Below, in pieces: positions 31,391 to 41,449 of a stretch of DNA of 64,000 bases; position 1 is the stretch's first letter, and the number at the start of each line of letters is the position of its first letter. The stretch is from Actinomycetota bacterium (lineage in GTDB: Bacteria; Actinomycetota; UBA4738; JBBDHU01). Both the position numbers and the translations under genes were made by a program. Location of the stretch: contig JBBDIK010000011.1 in NCBI GenBank assembly GCA_040880465.1, forward strand, positions 103,843 through 167,842, in the 5' to 3' direction. The notes beneath the pieces were generated by a model. The model was given only the letters and a program-made list of their open reading frames with translations. It made no database searches and was not told the DNA's origin.

Positions 31391-32289
31391 CCGGTCAACT
31401 CCTCGGTCCCCAGCAGCTTCGCGTAGACGAACACGCCGATCAGGATGGCCGCCATCAGGATGAAGGAGATGGCGGCGCCGGTCGGGTAGTCGTTGTGCTC
31501 GAGCATCTGCACCTGGATCACGTTCCCGAGCATCGTCGTGTTCGGATTCCCGAGCAGCTCGGCATTGATGAAGTCCCCGGCCACCGGGATGAAGGTCAGC
31601 AGCGACCCGGCGAGCAGTCCCGGCAACGACAAGGGGAGCGTCACCCGAAGGAAGGTCGACCGCTTATTCGAGTACAGGTCCCCCGCCGCTTCCAGCAGGC
31701 TGGGATCTATCTTGTCCAGCGACACGAACAGCGGCAGCACCATGAACGGCAGGAAGTTGTAGATCAGGCCGCCAAGGACGGCGGACGTCGTATTCACGAT
31801 CTGCGCATCATCCGGCAAGAGCCCGATCGACTTGAGCGTTCCCAGGAAGATTCCGTCATCGGCCAGGATGAACTTCCATGAGAGCGTTCGGATGATGTAC
31901 GAGACGAAGAACGGAAGGATCACCATGAACAGGATCGCGTTCTTCCACCTCCCCGCACGCATCGCGATCGCGTACGCCAGGGGGTACCCGATGGCCAGAC
32001 AGGCGACCGTAACGATCAACGCGTAGACGAGCGAACGGAAGAGCTGTTCGGGGTACGCGGCCAGGACATCACGGTAGATGCCGACGTTGCCCGTGAACGT
32101 GTACCCCTCCGCGTAGGTGCCCGTCTGGAGCGACGTGATGAACATCTGGATGCTCGGCCACAGCCAGAACAGGAACAGCCACCCGAGCCCGGGAGCCAGC
32201 AGCAGGTACGCGATCCACCTGACCCGCGGGCTACGCCGTGCCGGCGGCTGCGCGGACGGCTGCGCCACGGTGGGCGCGACGACGGCCAA
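31387..32289 (-). CDS. potB: Spermidine/putrescine ABC transporter permease (PotB-like)
   Basis: ABC type-I permease. Position fits the PotA-D-B-C gene order. Confidence 0.85.
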   Translation of the reverse strand: MAVVAPTVAQPSAQPPARRSPRVRWIAYLLLAPGLGWLFLFWLWPSIQMFITSLQTGTYAEGYTFTGNVGIYRDVLAAYPEQLFRSLVYALIVTVACLAIGYPLAYAIAMRAGRWKNAILFMVILPFFVSYIIRTLSWKFILADDGIFLGTLKSIGLLPDDAQIVNTTSAVLGGLIYNFLPFMVLPLFVSLDKIDPSLLEAAGDLYSNKRSTFLRVTLPLSLPGLLAGSLLTFIPVAGDFINAELLGNPNTTMLGNVIQVQMLEHNDYPTGAAISFILMAAILIGVFVYAKLLGTEELTG

Positions 32290-32292
32290 CGG

Positions 32293-33555
32293 CTAGCCCA
32301 GCACCACGCGGTCGAAGTGGTCCTGCCAGACGGCCTCCTCCGCCGAGTCGAGCCGCTTGTACGGAGCCGTGTTGGCCAGGACCTCCGCGCTCGGCCACAC
32401 GAACTGGTCCTCGGCGAGCAGGGCCATGTTCGGGTGGTCCTTGCCGTCCTCGGCGATCATCTCCTGAACCCCCTTGACCGGCGACTCGTACCACACCCAC
32501 TCCGTGATCTGGGTGGCGATCTTCGGGTCGTAGACGAAGTTCATCCAGTCGTGGGCGTCCGCGGGGTGCTCGGCCAGGATCGGGATGGCCATATTGTCCG
32601 ACCAGCGGTTCCCGCCTTCCTTCGGCAAGATCCACCGAAGGTCCTGGTCGTCGGCCTGTCCCAGCTGCAGAGCGAACAGGTCGCCGGACCACGCCATCGT
32701 CAGCCACACGTTCCCCGCTGCGAGTTGGTCCGTGTAGTCGTTCCCGTAGTAACCACGAACCAGCGGCCGCTGCTGCTCCAAGATGGTCGTCGCCTCCGCG
32801 ACGTCCTCCTCGGTCGCGGTGACCGGATCGATCCCCATCTTGAAGAAGATGAAGTTGTAGGTGTCCCGCATCTCGGAGAACATCCCGATCTTCCCCTCGA
32901 ACGCCGGGTCGAACAGGTCCTCGATGCTGTCGATGTCACGGCCGGTCTTGTTCCGGTCGTAGCCGATGCCGGTGAGGCCCGCCGCCCACGGGAACGAGTG
33001 CTCGTTGTTCGGGTCGAACCACGGGTTCACGAAGGCGTCCTGGATGTTCGCCGTGACGTTCGGAAGCTTGTCGTGGTGCAGCTTCTCCAGGAACCCGAGG
33101 TCGATCAGCTTGGCGATCATCCAGTCGGTCATGGTGATGATGTCCCAGCCGGTCGGCTGATCCGAACCGAGCTGGCTGCGGATGTCCGTACCGAAGAACT
33201 CCTCGTTGTCGTTGATCGTTTCGACGTAGCGGGTGTCGATGCCCGTGGCCTTCTCGAAGTCGGCGACCGTCCCGCCCTTGACGACGCCGGCAGCGTTCTT
33301 GCCTTCCTTGTCGATATACAGGGGCCAATTCGCGATATCGACCTTGCCGGCGGTTTCGGGAAGCGTCGTCGGCCCGGTGGGCTCGGTCTTCTTGGCTCCT
33401 TTCACGCTGCACGCGGCCAGGATCGAGGCCAGGGAGAGCGATCCCGCACCCACCCCCGCGTACTTGAACAGATCGCGACGGGTGACGCGTCGCTGCGTCA
33501 GCCCTCGCATCAGAGCCTGCCGGACCATGTCGTCGTAGTTCGGACGCTCGGTCAT
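32293..33555 (-). CDS. potD: Polyamine ABC transporter substrate-binding protein (PotD/PotF-like) with a Tat-type signal and lipobox
   Basis: RRDLFKYAGVGAGS twin-arginine signal, then LAAC. Periplasmic binding protein fold. Confidence 0.8.
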   Translation of the reverse strand: MTERPNYDDMVRQALMRGLTQRRVTRRDLFKYAGVGAGSLSLASILAACSVKGAKKTEPTGPTTLPETAGKVDIANWPLYIDKEGKNAAGVVKGGTVADFEKATGIDTRYVETINDNEEFFGTDIRSQLGSDQPTGWDIITMTDWMIAKLIDLGFLEKLHHDKLPNVTANIQDAFVNPWFDPNNEHSFPWAAGLTGIGYDRNKTGRDIDSIEDLFDPAFEGKIGMFSEMRDTYNFIFFKMGIDPVTATEEDVAEATTILEQQRPLVRGYYGNDYTDQLAAGNVWLTMAWSGDLFALQLGQADDQDLRWILPKEGGNRWSDNMAIPILAEHPADAHDWMNFVYDPKIATQITEWVWYESPVKGVQEMIAEDGKDHPNMALLAEDQFVWPSAEVLANTAPYKRLDSAEEAVWQDHFDRVVLG

Positions 33556-34703
33556 TCCCCTTCGACCTCCTCCTTGGTCAGGCCCGCCTGCGGGCGGACC
33601 GCGAACGTGTTCTCCGGCAACCACCGGAGCTGCACCTTGGTTCCCGGCGAGGCTGCGGGCTCGTCGCCGAGGTTCTGCTCGACCACGGTCAGCGTCACGC
33701 CGCCGGGTCCCTCCACCGTGTACTGGTACGACACGCCGATGAACGTCGCCATGCGCAGCAGCCCCGGAACGTTGTTCTTGCCGTCGGCGACGGCGCCGGA
33801 CCCGGCCGATCCCTCCGCGCCCGTGACCAACTTGATCTTCTCGGGACGCACGCCGACGCGCACCGCGGCGCCGGCCTTCGAGTCGCCGTTGAGGCGCGCT
33901 GACGGCATGCGCACCTCTTCCCCACCTGCGAGCGTCACCGTCGCCGTGTCCCCCGCGACATCCTTCACCTTGCCGTCCAGCAGGTTCGACGCGCCGAGGA
34001 ACTGAGCCACGAACTCGGTGTTCGGGTTCTCGTAGATGTCCTCAGGAACGCCGATCTGCTCGACCCGGCCTCCGCGCATCACGGCGATGCGGTCGGACAT
34101 CGTCATCGCCTCCTCCTGGTCGTGGGTCACGTAGATGAACGTGATCCCGACTTCGGTCTGGATGCGCTTCAGTTCCAGCTGCATCTGCTTGCGGAGCTTC
34201 AGGTCCAGTGCGCCGAGTGGCTCGTCCAGCAGGAGGACCTGCGGCCGGTTGACCAGGGCGCGGGCCAGGGCGACCCGCTGGCGCTGGCCGCCGGAGAGCT
34301 GCGCGGGCTTGCGCCTGCCGTACTCGGGCAGGTCCACGAGCGCGAGCGCTTCGTCCACCCGCTTGCCGACCTCAGCCTTGGCGACCTTCTTGCGCTTCAG
34401 GCCGTACGCGACGTTATCGGAGACCGAGAGATGAGGGAACAGCGCGTACGACTGGAAGACGGTGTTGACGTCTCGCTTGTAGGGCGGCAGATCGGTGACA
34501 TCCGTGCCCTTGAGCCAGACGCTCCCGCTGGTCGGGTCCTCGAACCCGCCGATCATCCGGAGCGTCGTGGTTTTCCCGCATCCCGAAGGCCCGAGCATCG
34601 AGAAGAACTCACCGTCCCCGATCTCGAGGGAGAGGTCATCGACCGCCACGACGTCGCCGAACGCCTTCGTAACATGGTCGAGCCGTACTTCGATGTCGGC
34701 CAT
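33552..34703 (-). CDS. potA: Polyamine ABC transporter ATP-binding protein (PotA-like) with a C-terminal TOBE domain
   Basis: Walker A GPSGCGKTT, signature LSGGQRQRV, Walker B LLLDEP. Confidence 0.9.
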   Translation of the reverse strand: MADIEVRLDHVTKAFGDVVAVDDLSLEIGDGEFFSMLGPSGCGKTTTLRMIGGFEDPTSGSVWLKGTDVTDLPPYKRDVNTVFQSYALFPHLSVSDNVAYGLKRKKVAKAEVGKRVDEALALVDLPEYGRRKPAQLSGGQRQRVALARALVNRPQVLLLDEPLGALDLKLRKQMQLELKRIQTEVGITFIYVTHDQEEAMTMSDRIAVMRGGRVEQIGVPEDIYENPNTEFVAQFLGASNLLDGKVKDVAGDTATVTLAGGEEVRMPSARLNGDSKAGAAVRVGVRPEKIKLVTGAEGSAGSGAVADGKNNVPGLLRMATFIGVSYQYTVEGPGGVTLTVVEQNLGDEPAASPGTKVQLRWLPENTFAVRPQAGLTKEEVEGE

Positions 34704-34818
34704 CTGCCCCTCTCGCGGTGTCGGGCGCTCGGCCCGATTATGCCATTGTGCAAGCCAGAGCGTGCCCCGGGTAGAATCCATGGTCGAGACCCTGGGGGGC
34801 ACGGCCTCCCGCCGGACG

Positions 34819-34835
34819 TTGTCCGAACTGGACAA
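34819..34835 (+). promoter_or_regulatory. Inverted repeat TTGTCC-GAACT-GGACAA in the divergent pot/aminotransferase promoter region
   Basis: Perfect 6-bp arms with a 5-bp spacer, placed centrally in the 208-bp intergenic region. Confidence 0.3.
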
Positions 34836-34910
34836 TGCCGAGCCCGGGCCGCCCGCCTACCGTGGGCCCGGACGGGGCCACCGGACGGACCACCGGCAGG
34901 AGTGATAACC

Positions 34911-36281
34911 GTGGCAAGCGGAGCGGACATCGAGCGGCTGAAGGCCAAGGCGAACGAGATCGCCGAACGGGAGAACAAGATCCTCCTTGACCGGACCCAG
35001 GCCTCGGCCAAGCTCTACGAGCGAGCGGTGAAGTCCATGCCGCTGGGCGTGGCCTCGTCCTTCCAGACGAACGACCCGTACCCGATCTATGGCGACCACG
35101 GCGCCGGCAGCCGGCTCTGGGATGTGGACGGGAATGAGTACGTCGACTACCACAACGGGTTCGGCACGATGGTGGTCGGCCACGCCAACCCGAAGATCGT
35201 CGAGGCGATCGAACGCGCCGCCCGCCGCGGAACGCACTTCGCGACGACCACGCCCGTCTCCGTCGAGATGGCCGAGGAGATGTGCCGGCGGTTCGGCCTC
35301 GAGCGCGTGCGCTTCTCGAACTCGGGCACCGAGGCCACGATGGACGCGATCCGTGTCGGCCGCGCGGTGACCGGCAAGGACAACCTGGTCAAGATCGAGG
35401 CCTCCTACCACGGCCACCACGACGCCGTGATGTTCTCGATCATCCCCGGCTTCGACGAGATGGGTCCCAAGGAACGCCCCTACAACGTGCCTTTCACGCG
35501 CGGCATCCCCAAGAGCAGCTGGGACGACATCCGCGTGGTGCCGTTCAACGACGCCGAGGCGCTCGAAAGGCTGTTCGACGCCGAAGGCGACTCGATCGGC
35601 GCGATGATCATGGAGCCGGTGATGATGAACGTCGGTCTCATCCCACCGGATCCCGGGTACCTCGAGAAGGTCCGCGAGCTGTGCACGAAGCACAACGTGT
35701 GCATGATCTTCGACGAGGTCAAGACCGGCGCGACGATCAACCCGGGTGGCGCGATCGGGCTCTACGGCGTGCAGCCGGACCTCGCGTGCTTCGCGAAGGC
35801 GATCGGCGGCGGAACGCCGATCGGTGCGTTCGGCGGCAGCGCGGCGTTCATGGACGAGATCGGCAAGTCACTCGCGCACCTGGGAACGTTCAACGGCAAC
35901 CCTCTGTCGACGTCCGCGGGCCTCGCGGCGCTGACCGAGGTATTGACGCCCGACGCGTACGTGCTCCTCTCCGCGCTCGGGACGCGACTGGCGAGCGGGT
36001 CCGAGAGGATCCTGGCGGAGTACGGCATCGAGGCGCACGTGCGGGACTTCGGCGCGAAAGGCGCGATCTCCTATCGGGCCGAGCCCTTCCACAACTACCG
36101 CGAGTTCCAGGAAGCGGAGTCCGAGCTGTTCTACGGATCGTTCCCGTGGATGCTGAACCGCGGGATCTTCATGACGCCCGGCGACGAGGAGCAGTGGACC
36201 ATCTCGGTGATGCACACCGAGGAAGACATCGACCGCTACCTGGACGGGTACGCGGGCTACTGCGAAGAACTCACCAAGTAG
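34911..36281 (+). CDS. Class-III PLP-dependent aminotransferase (glutamate-1-semialdehyde aminomutase-like subfamily)
   Basis: GTG start with GGAG RBS. PLP-lysine region FDEVKTG, and the signature WDVDGNEYVDYHNGFG. Confidence 0.8.
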   Translation: MASGADIERLKAKANEIAERENKILLDRTQASAKLYERAVKSMPLGVASSFQTNDPYPIYGDHGAGSRLWDVDGNEYVDYHNGFGTMVVGHANPKIVEAIERAARRGTHFATTTPVSVEMAEEMCRRFGLERVRFSNSGTEATMDAIRVGRAVTGKDNLVKIEASYHGHHDAVMFSIIPGFDEMGPKERPYNVPFTRGIPKSSWDDIRVVPFNDAEALERLFDAEGDSIGAMIMEPVMMNVGLIPPDPGYLEKVRELCTKHNVCMIFDEVKTGATINPGGAIGLYGVQPDLACFAKAIGGGTPIGAFGGSAAFMDEIGKSLAHLGTFNGNPLSTSAGLAALTEVLTPDAYVLLSALGTRLASGSERILAEYGIEAHVRDFGAKGAISYRAEPFHNYREFQEAESELFYGSFPWMLNRGIFMTPGDEEQWTISVMHTEEDIDRYLDGYAGYCEELTK

Positions 36282-36321
36282 GCAAGCCCAACGAGTAGTC
36301 TGGCCGGGCTAGGATTCCCCG

Positions 36322-37080
36322 GTGAGCGAGACAGATAGCGGGCAGCCACCCCGGCAGGGCTTCTTCAGGGACCTCGGGTCGGCGCTTGCGGTTTGGGCAA
36401 GGTTCCCCGCCCTCCCTCTGATCACGATGAGCCTCGCCGTCGGAACGCAGCTGACAGGCATGACGACGGTGCTCTTCCTCCCGACGGTTGTCCTGGCGAC
36501 CGCAGGTGTGACATGGATGGGCGTCGAGCGATCCTGGTACGTCGCAGCGTGGCGCGGTGAACGGGTGGCGGTCCGGGATGTGACTGAGTGGATGATGCTT
36601 CACTTCTGGCCGTTCGTCAGACTCGTAATGCTCATGGGAATCGTCATGGTGCCGGCGATCGTCCTGAGCGTCATCGCGGCGAATGCGGGTGGCCAGGGGC
36701 GGTCCACGGCCCGCATCACGCTTCTCATCTCGTCTCTCGCCCTCGATGTTGCACTCACCTTCGGCATCCCCGCCCTGGCGCTCCGCACAAGCCGCGTGTG
36801 GAGCGCGATGAAGATCGGCATGGTCATGATCGCGGCAACCTGGCCGGGCTGCCTGATCTACCTTCTCGTCCCTCCCTTGGTGGTTCACCTCGTGATCTTC
36901 GCGTCGGGACCGACCGTTCAGATGCCGCTCCTCGTTGGCGTCGGAGCGGTCACCACGCTGGTGCGCCTGGCCTTCGATGGAGCCGTCGCCAGGTTCTATG
37001 CGCGGTCGGAGCACCTCGTCATAGACCTCGAAGAATGGGACAAAGCCGCAACGGAGGGACAGACCCCGCAGGCCAGATAG
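36322..37080 (+). CDS. Hypothetical integral membrane protein
   Basis: GTG start. 5-6 predicted TM helices. No family assignment. Confidence 0.45.
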   Translation: MSETDSGQPPRQGFFRDLGSALAVWARFPALPLITMSLAVGTQLTGMTTVLFLPTVVLATAGVTWMGVERSWYVAAWRGERVAVRDVTEWMMLHFWPFVRLVMLMGIVMVPAIVLSVIAANAGGQGRSTARITLLISSLALDVALTFGIPALALRTSRVWSAMKIGMVMIAATWPGCLIYLLVPPLVVHLVIFASGPTVQMPLLVGVGAVTTLVRLAFDGAVARFYARSEHLVIDLEEWDKAATEGQTPQAR

Positions 37081-37189
37081 GCAGCGGATGCGGTAGCACA
37101 GTCCGATACCATGGTCGGCGGGTCGCCTGTTCCCCTCGAACGACAGGCCCGGGCTCGTCCCGGAGGCGCGATTCGAGGAGGCAGCAGCC

Positions 37190-38554
37190 ATGCATCGATT
37201 CACCACCGAGACCGACGCCATCGCCCAGGCCGTCGTCGGCTACGCGCTCGACCGCATCAAGATGGACCCGCCCCCGCTCGACGGGCCCGCGACGCTGGAG
37301 GAACTCCGTGCGGCGGCCGGCGAAACCATCACCGCCGATGGGATCGGCGGCGAAGAGGCCCTTCGGGTGTTCGCCGACGTCCTCGCCCCCGCGACCCTTT
37401 CGACCGACCACCCACGCAACTGGGCGTTCGTGCCTGCGGCCCCGACTGAGGCGTCAGTGCTGTTCGACCTAGTGGTCGGCGCGTCCTCGATCATCGGCTC
37501 CACCTGGATCGACGGCGCCGGTGCGATCTACGCCGAGAACCAGGCGATCCGCTGGCTGCTGGACCTTGCGGGATTCCCCGGATCCTCGGGAGGCGTCTTC
37601 GTCTCTGGCGGCTCGGCCGGGAACCTGTCGGCTCTGGTCACGGCCCGCGACCGGGCCATGCGCGAACGGCAGGCCGCCGGCCGCGAACGGCCGGCGCGCT
37701 GGACGCTCGCCGCGACGGAGGACGCCCACTCCTCGGTGTGGTCGGCCGCCAAGGTGATGGACGTCGATGTGCTGGCCGTCCCGACTGACGAACGGGCGCG
37801 CCTGACCGGCGAGGCCCTGGAGAACACGCTCCAGCAGCGCGCCGGGGACCTGGACGGTCTGTTCGCGGTCGTGGCCACCGGCGGGACCACCAACGCCGGC
37901 ATCGTCGACGACCTGGAGGGCGTCCGCTGGGTCGCACAGCGCCGCGGCCTCTGGCTCCACGTGGACGGGGCCTACGGCGGTGCCGCCCTCGCCGCGCCGT
38001 CAGCGCGGGCCCTGTTCACCGGCATCGAGCACGCCGACTCGGTCGTGATCGATCCGCACAAACTGCTGTTCGCGCCGTTCGATTGCGCTGCGCTGCTGTA
38101 CAGGGACCCGCTCGTCGCCGCGCGCGCCCATATGCAGGAGGCGGCCTACCTCGACGAGGTGACGGAGCTGGAGAACTGGAACCCCTCGCACTACGCGTAT
38201 CACTTAACCCGCCGTGTCCGAGGCTTGCCCTTCTGGTTCTCGCTCGCGACCCATGGGACCGCCGCCTACCGCGACGCCGTCGAGGCGGTCCTGCAGCTCA
38301 CGCGTGAGGCCGCCGACGAGATCCGCGGCCGCGACGGCCTGGAGCTGCTGGAAGAGCCCGAGATCTCGGTGGTGCTGTTCAAGCGCGACGGCTGGGGGGA
38401 GGACCGCTATCTGACCTGGTGCGACGAGCTCTTGGACACGCACACGGCATTCGCGCTTCCGACGACCTGGCACGGCGAGAAGGTCATGCGCTTCTGCTTC
38501 GTGAATCCGGTCACGACGATCGAGGACGTCCGCGTCGTCCTGGACACGATGTGA
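37190..38554 (+). CDS. PLP-dependent group II amino-acid decarboxylase (aromatic/diaminobutyrate/glutamate decarboxylase family)
   Basis: The SGGSAGNLSAL region and the DPHK PLP-lysine motif. About 450 aa. Confidence 0.8.
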   Translation: MHRFTTETDAIAQAVVGYALDRIKMDPPPLDGPATLEELRAAAGETITADGIGGEEALRVFADVLAPATLSTDHPRNWAFVPAAPTEASVLFDLVVGASSIIGSTWIDGAGAIYAENQAIRWLLDLAGFPGSSGGVFVSGGSAGNLSALVTARDRAMRERQAAGRERPARWTLAATEDAHSSVWSAAKVMDVDVLAVPTDERARLTGEALENTLQQRAGDLDGLFAVVATGGTTNAGIVDDLEGVRWVAQRRGLWLHVDGAYGGAALAAPSARALFTGIEHADSVVIDPHKLLFAPFDCAALLYRDPLVAARAHMQEAAYLDEVTELENWNPSHYAYHLTRRVRGLPFWFSLATHGTAAYRDAVEAVLQLTREAADEIRGRDGLELLEEPEISVVLFKRDGWGEDRYLTWCDELLDTHTAFALPTTWHGEKVMRFCFVNPVTTIEDVRVVLDTM

Positions 38555-38564
38555 GGGCCCGTCC

Positions 38565-39215
38565 TCACGCCCCGGACGTTCCTCGAGTCTCTTCCCGGCG
38601 GGTCATGAGGAAGCAGGCGAAACCGGAGCCCTCGGCGGGCTCGGGGAGGCGTTCGATATCGAAATGCTCCGCGAACAGCTCCCGCTCCTCCCCCGGACGG
38701 ACGGCGCCCGACAGCTTGGATGCCCCGTCGAAGGTGATCAGCGGGAGGTCGCGCGGGTCTGCGTAGAAGCACCAGAGAAGTACCTTGGCGCCGGGCCTCG
38801 CGAGGTCGGCCATCAGGGCCGCCATCCGCTGCCGGGCGTTAGACCGTAGATCGTCGAGCGTTCCGTAGTCGGCCAACAGATCGAACGCGCCTCGGTAGCG
38901 CTCGGGTACCGGCTTCGTCAGGTCGGCGTGCACCCAGCGAGTACGGTCATCTACCCCGGCAGCCCCCGCGGCCTCCCGGGCCTTGCGCAATGCGACCGCC
39001 GAGAGATCAACCCCCGTCACCTCGAACCCATGCTCGGCGAGGAACACCGCGTTCGCTCCGGTGCCGCAGCCGAGATCGATGGCTCGACCCGGCGGGAGCG
39101 CCTCCGCGGCAAGAACGCCCGACTCCACCTGCTCGACCAGTTCGGGCCGTGGACCCATCTCCCAGGGGGCACCCTTGCGGTAGATCAGGTCATAGGCCCA
39201 GCTCGGGACATGCAT
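38565..39215 (-). CDS. Class I SAM-dependent methyltransferase
   Basis: Motif I DLGCGTGANAVFLAE and a Rossmann fold. Confidence 0.75.
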   Translation of the reverse strand: MHVPSWAYDLIYRKGAPWEMGPRPELVEQVESGVLAAEALPPGRAIDLGCGTGANAVFLAEHGFEVTGVDLSAVALRKAREAAGAAGVDDRTRWVHADLTKPVPERYRGAFDLLADYGTLDDLRSNARQRMAALMADLARPGAKVLLWCFYADPRDLPLITFDGASKLSGAVRPGEERELFAEHFDIERLPEPAEGSGFACFLMTRREETRGTSGA

Positions 39216-39216
39216 G

Positions 39217-40188
39217 TCAGGTAGGCCGGGCCTCGCGGCCGGACCTTCGGAGCGAGAGGCCGATGAGCGCCTCCATCACCGCGCGGTTCGCCAGCAGCGC
39301 GGTGATGTCCGCGTTGTCATAAGGCGGAGAAACCTCAACGACCTCCATGCCGGCGATCGGAAGGTCCGTGCAGATCCGCCGGACGGCGCTCAGCAGTTCC
39401 CTCCCTTGCAGTCCTCCGGGCTCGGGCGTTCCCGTTCCCGGTGCGAACGCCGGATCGGCAACGTCGATATCCACGGACAGGAACACGTGCGGCACCTCAC
39501 TCATCTCCGAGATCGTGTCGTCGATCACCGCTTCGACGCCGCGCTCGTAGATCTCCTGCATCAGGTGCCAGCGGAAGCCCTGCTCCTTCGCCCATTCGAA
39601 GTCCGAGGGCGGAGGCCAGTATCCGCGCAGCCCGACCTGCACGATGTGCTCGCCCTTGATCGAGCCCTCGTCGACCAGGAACCGAAGGGGGGTTCCGTGG
39701 TTCAGATACCCCTCCTCCCACGCATCGTCGGCGTGGGAATCGAAGTGGATGAGACCGACCGCCTCCGGAGCGTGGTGCGCTGCCACGGCTCCCACGTCCG
39801 GGTGCGCGATGGAGTGGTCCCCCCCCAGCACGATCGGCACCGCGCCCGCGGCGCACACCCCGAGCACCATCTCGCGCAGCGCGGCGTGCGTCTCGGCCGG
39901 GTAGCCGGGGTTCGGCACGACGTCGCCGTGATCGACGACGTTCAAGATCTCGAACGGATCTACGCCCGCGTGCAGCGCCGGCCATCCGGGTCCCGAGAGG
40001 TAATCCGACTGCCGGATCGCCCGCGGGCCGTAGCGGGCGCCGGGCCGGTTCGTGACGAACTCGTCGATCGGGGCGCCGACGATGGCGACGTCGACCCCGG
40101 CGAGTTCCGCGGGATCCAGGACCAGCGGCCGGCGGCAGAAGGTTGGAACGCCGCTGTAGGCGGGCTCAAAGGGTCGGTTGACGTTCAT
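39217..40188 (-). CDS. Agmatinase/ureohydrolase (arginase family)
   Basis: Mn-binding motifs GGDHS, DSHAD and [22 protein letters not shown]. Confidence 0.85.
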   Translation of the reverse strand: MNVNRPFEPAYSGVPTFCRRPLVLDPAELAGVDVAIVGAPIDEFVTNRPGARYGPRAIRQSDYLSGPGWPALHAGVDPFEILNVVDHGDVVPNPGYPAETHAALREMVLGVCAAGAVPIVLGGDHSIAHPDVGAVAAHHAPEAVGLIHFDSHADDAWEEGYLNHGTPLRFLVDEGSIKGEHIVQVGLRGYWPPPSDFEWAKEQGFRWHLMQEIYERGVEAVIDDTISEMSEVPHVFLSVDIDVADPAFAPGTGTPEPGGLQGRELLSAVRRICTDLPIAGMEVVEVSPPYDNADITALLANRAVMEALIGLSLRRSGREARPT

Positions 40189-41353
40189 CGAGCGGATCAG
40201 TCTCCTCGCGCTTCTCGCCCGATGGTACCCGGCGCCGGCGCCTCCGGCCCGGCGTGTGCTTGCCCCGGCCGTTGCCCCACACGAGGTGCGGGATGAACGT
40301 CGCGGCGAAGATGGCCAGCGCCGCGAGGACGATCAGGGAGACCCAGAAGCGGCCGTCGATGAACGCGACCGCCAGGGCACATCCGGAGATCAGGGCGCTC
40401 CACAGGTACATCAGCAGCACGGCTTGCCGCTGGGAGTGCCCGATCTCGAGCAGCCGGTGGTGGATGTGCTCCTTGTCCGCGTGCCCCAGCGAGCGGCCCT
40501 TCCGGACGCGACGCATGATCGCCAGTATCACGTCGAGGAACGGGATCGCCAGCACCAGTAGCGGTAGCAGGATCGGGATCGAGAACACCGCCACGTCGCC
40601 GCCGCTCGGCGGGTAGGGGTTCCTCCCGACGCCGGCGATCGTCGCGACCGCCAGCAGCAGCCCAAGCGGCATCGCGCCCGAGTCCCCCATGAAGATCTTC
40701 GCCGGGTTGAAGTTCCACGGAAGGAATCCGATGCATGCTCCAGCGGTCGCCGCGCAGATCAGCGCGGCCGACGACGCGCCACCGTAGAGCGTCGGCCCTC
40801 GGTAGACGAACAGGAAGAACGCGATGGCAGCGATCGCCGTCATCCCGGCCGCCAGCCCGTCCAACCCGTCGATGAAGTTGACCGCGTTCATCATCGCGAC
40901 CATCCAGACGATCGTCGCGAGCACCGCCATGTCCGGCGACAGCGTCAGGATCCCCTGCGTCGGGAACCAGAAATACAGAACCTGTACGCCGAGCAACACC
41001 AGCAGTCCAGCCGTCAGGATCTGCCACGTGAGCTTGCCGAGTACCGAGGCATGGCGGATGTCGTCGTAGGCCCCGACGAAGAAGATCGCGACGGCCCCGA
41101 CCAGCGCCGCGATCGGCTCTGAAGAGAACCGGAAGAGCTCGCGGAACTGCGGCAAAAGGAACGCGAGCCCGATCCCGACCGCCACCCCGAGGACGATGGC
41201 ACCCCCGCCGAGCAGCGGGGTGTCCTGCGCATGGACCTTGCGGTCGCTGGGATGGTCGATGGCCCCGATCCTGATGGCAACCCGCCTGGCCAGTGGGGTC
41301 GTCGCGAACGCCACCAGCGCGCTCGCGCCGAAGACCAGCAGGTACGGGATCAC
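40166..41353 (-). CDS. wecA: UDP-GlcNAc:undecaprenyl-phosphate GlcNAc-1-phosphate transferase (WecA/Rfe, GT4 MraY-like family)
   Basis: DD motif AYDDIRH, NxxNxxDGxDGL ([15 protein letters not shown]), and the DSGAMPLG region. GTG start. Its position upstream of the atp operon matches the mycobacterial rfe. Confidence 0.8.
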   Translation of the reverse strand: MIPYLLVFGASALVAFATTPLARRVAIRIGAIDHPSDRKVHAQDTPLLGGGAIVLGVAVGIGLAFLLPQFRELFRFSSEPIAALVGAVAIFFVGAYDDIRHASVLGKLTWQILTAGLLVLLGVQVLYFWFPTQGILTLSPDMAVLATIVWMVAMMNAVNFIDGLDGLAAGMTAIAAIAFFLFVYRGPTLYGGASSAALICAATAGACIGFLPWNFNPAKIFMGDSGAMPLGLLLAVATIAGVGRNPYPPSGGDVAVFSIPILLPLLVLAIPFLDVILAIMRRVRKGRSLGHADKEHIHHRLLEIGHSQRQAVLLMYLWSALISGCALAVAFIDGRFWVSLIVLAALAIFAATFIPHLVWGNGRGKHTPGRRRRRRVPSGEKREETDPLDERQPTL

Positions 41354-41374
41354 GGAACTACCTTCCCCTCAACG

Positions 41375-41413
41375 GAGAGGCCACCGACCTATCCTAGAGG
41401 GCGGTGGCCTCTC
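41375..41413 (-). terminator. GC-rich hairpin (12-bp perfect stem GAGAGGCCACCG/CGGTGGCCTCTC, 15-nt loop) downstream of glyA. Candidate factor-independent terminator.
   Basis: It sits 37 bp after the glyA stop and 22 bp before the wecA start. No U-tract, as is common in Actinobacteria. Confidence 0.35.
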
Positions 41414-41449
41414 GCGGAAAACCCGGGTCGGCCTCGAGCCGCAACGACC

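Noticed and set aside
34122-34910. The 5' extension of the aminotransferase ORF (ORF track start 34122)
   Set aside because: The extension runs antisense through potA. The GTG at 34911 with a GGAG RBS gives a normal class-III aminotransferase N-terminus.
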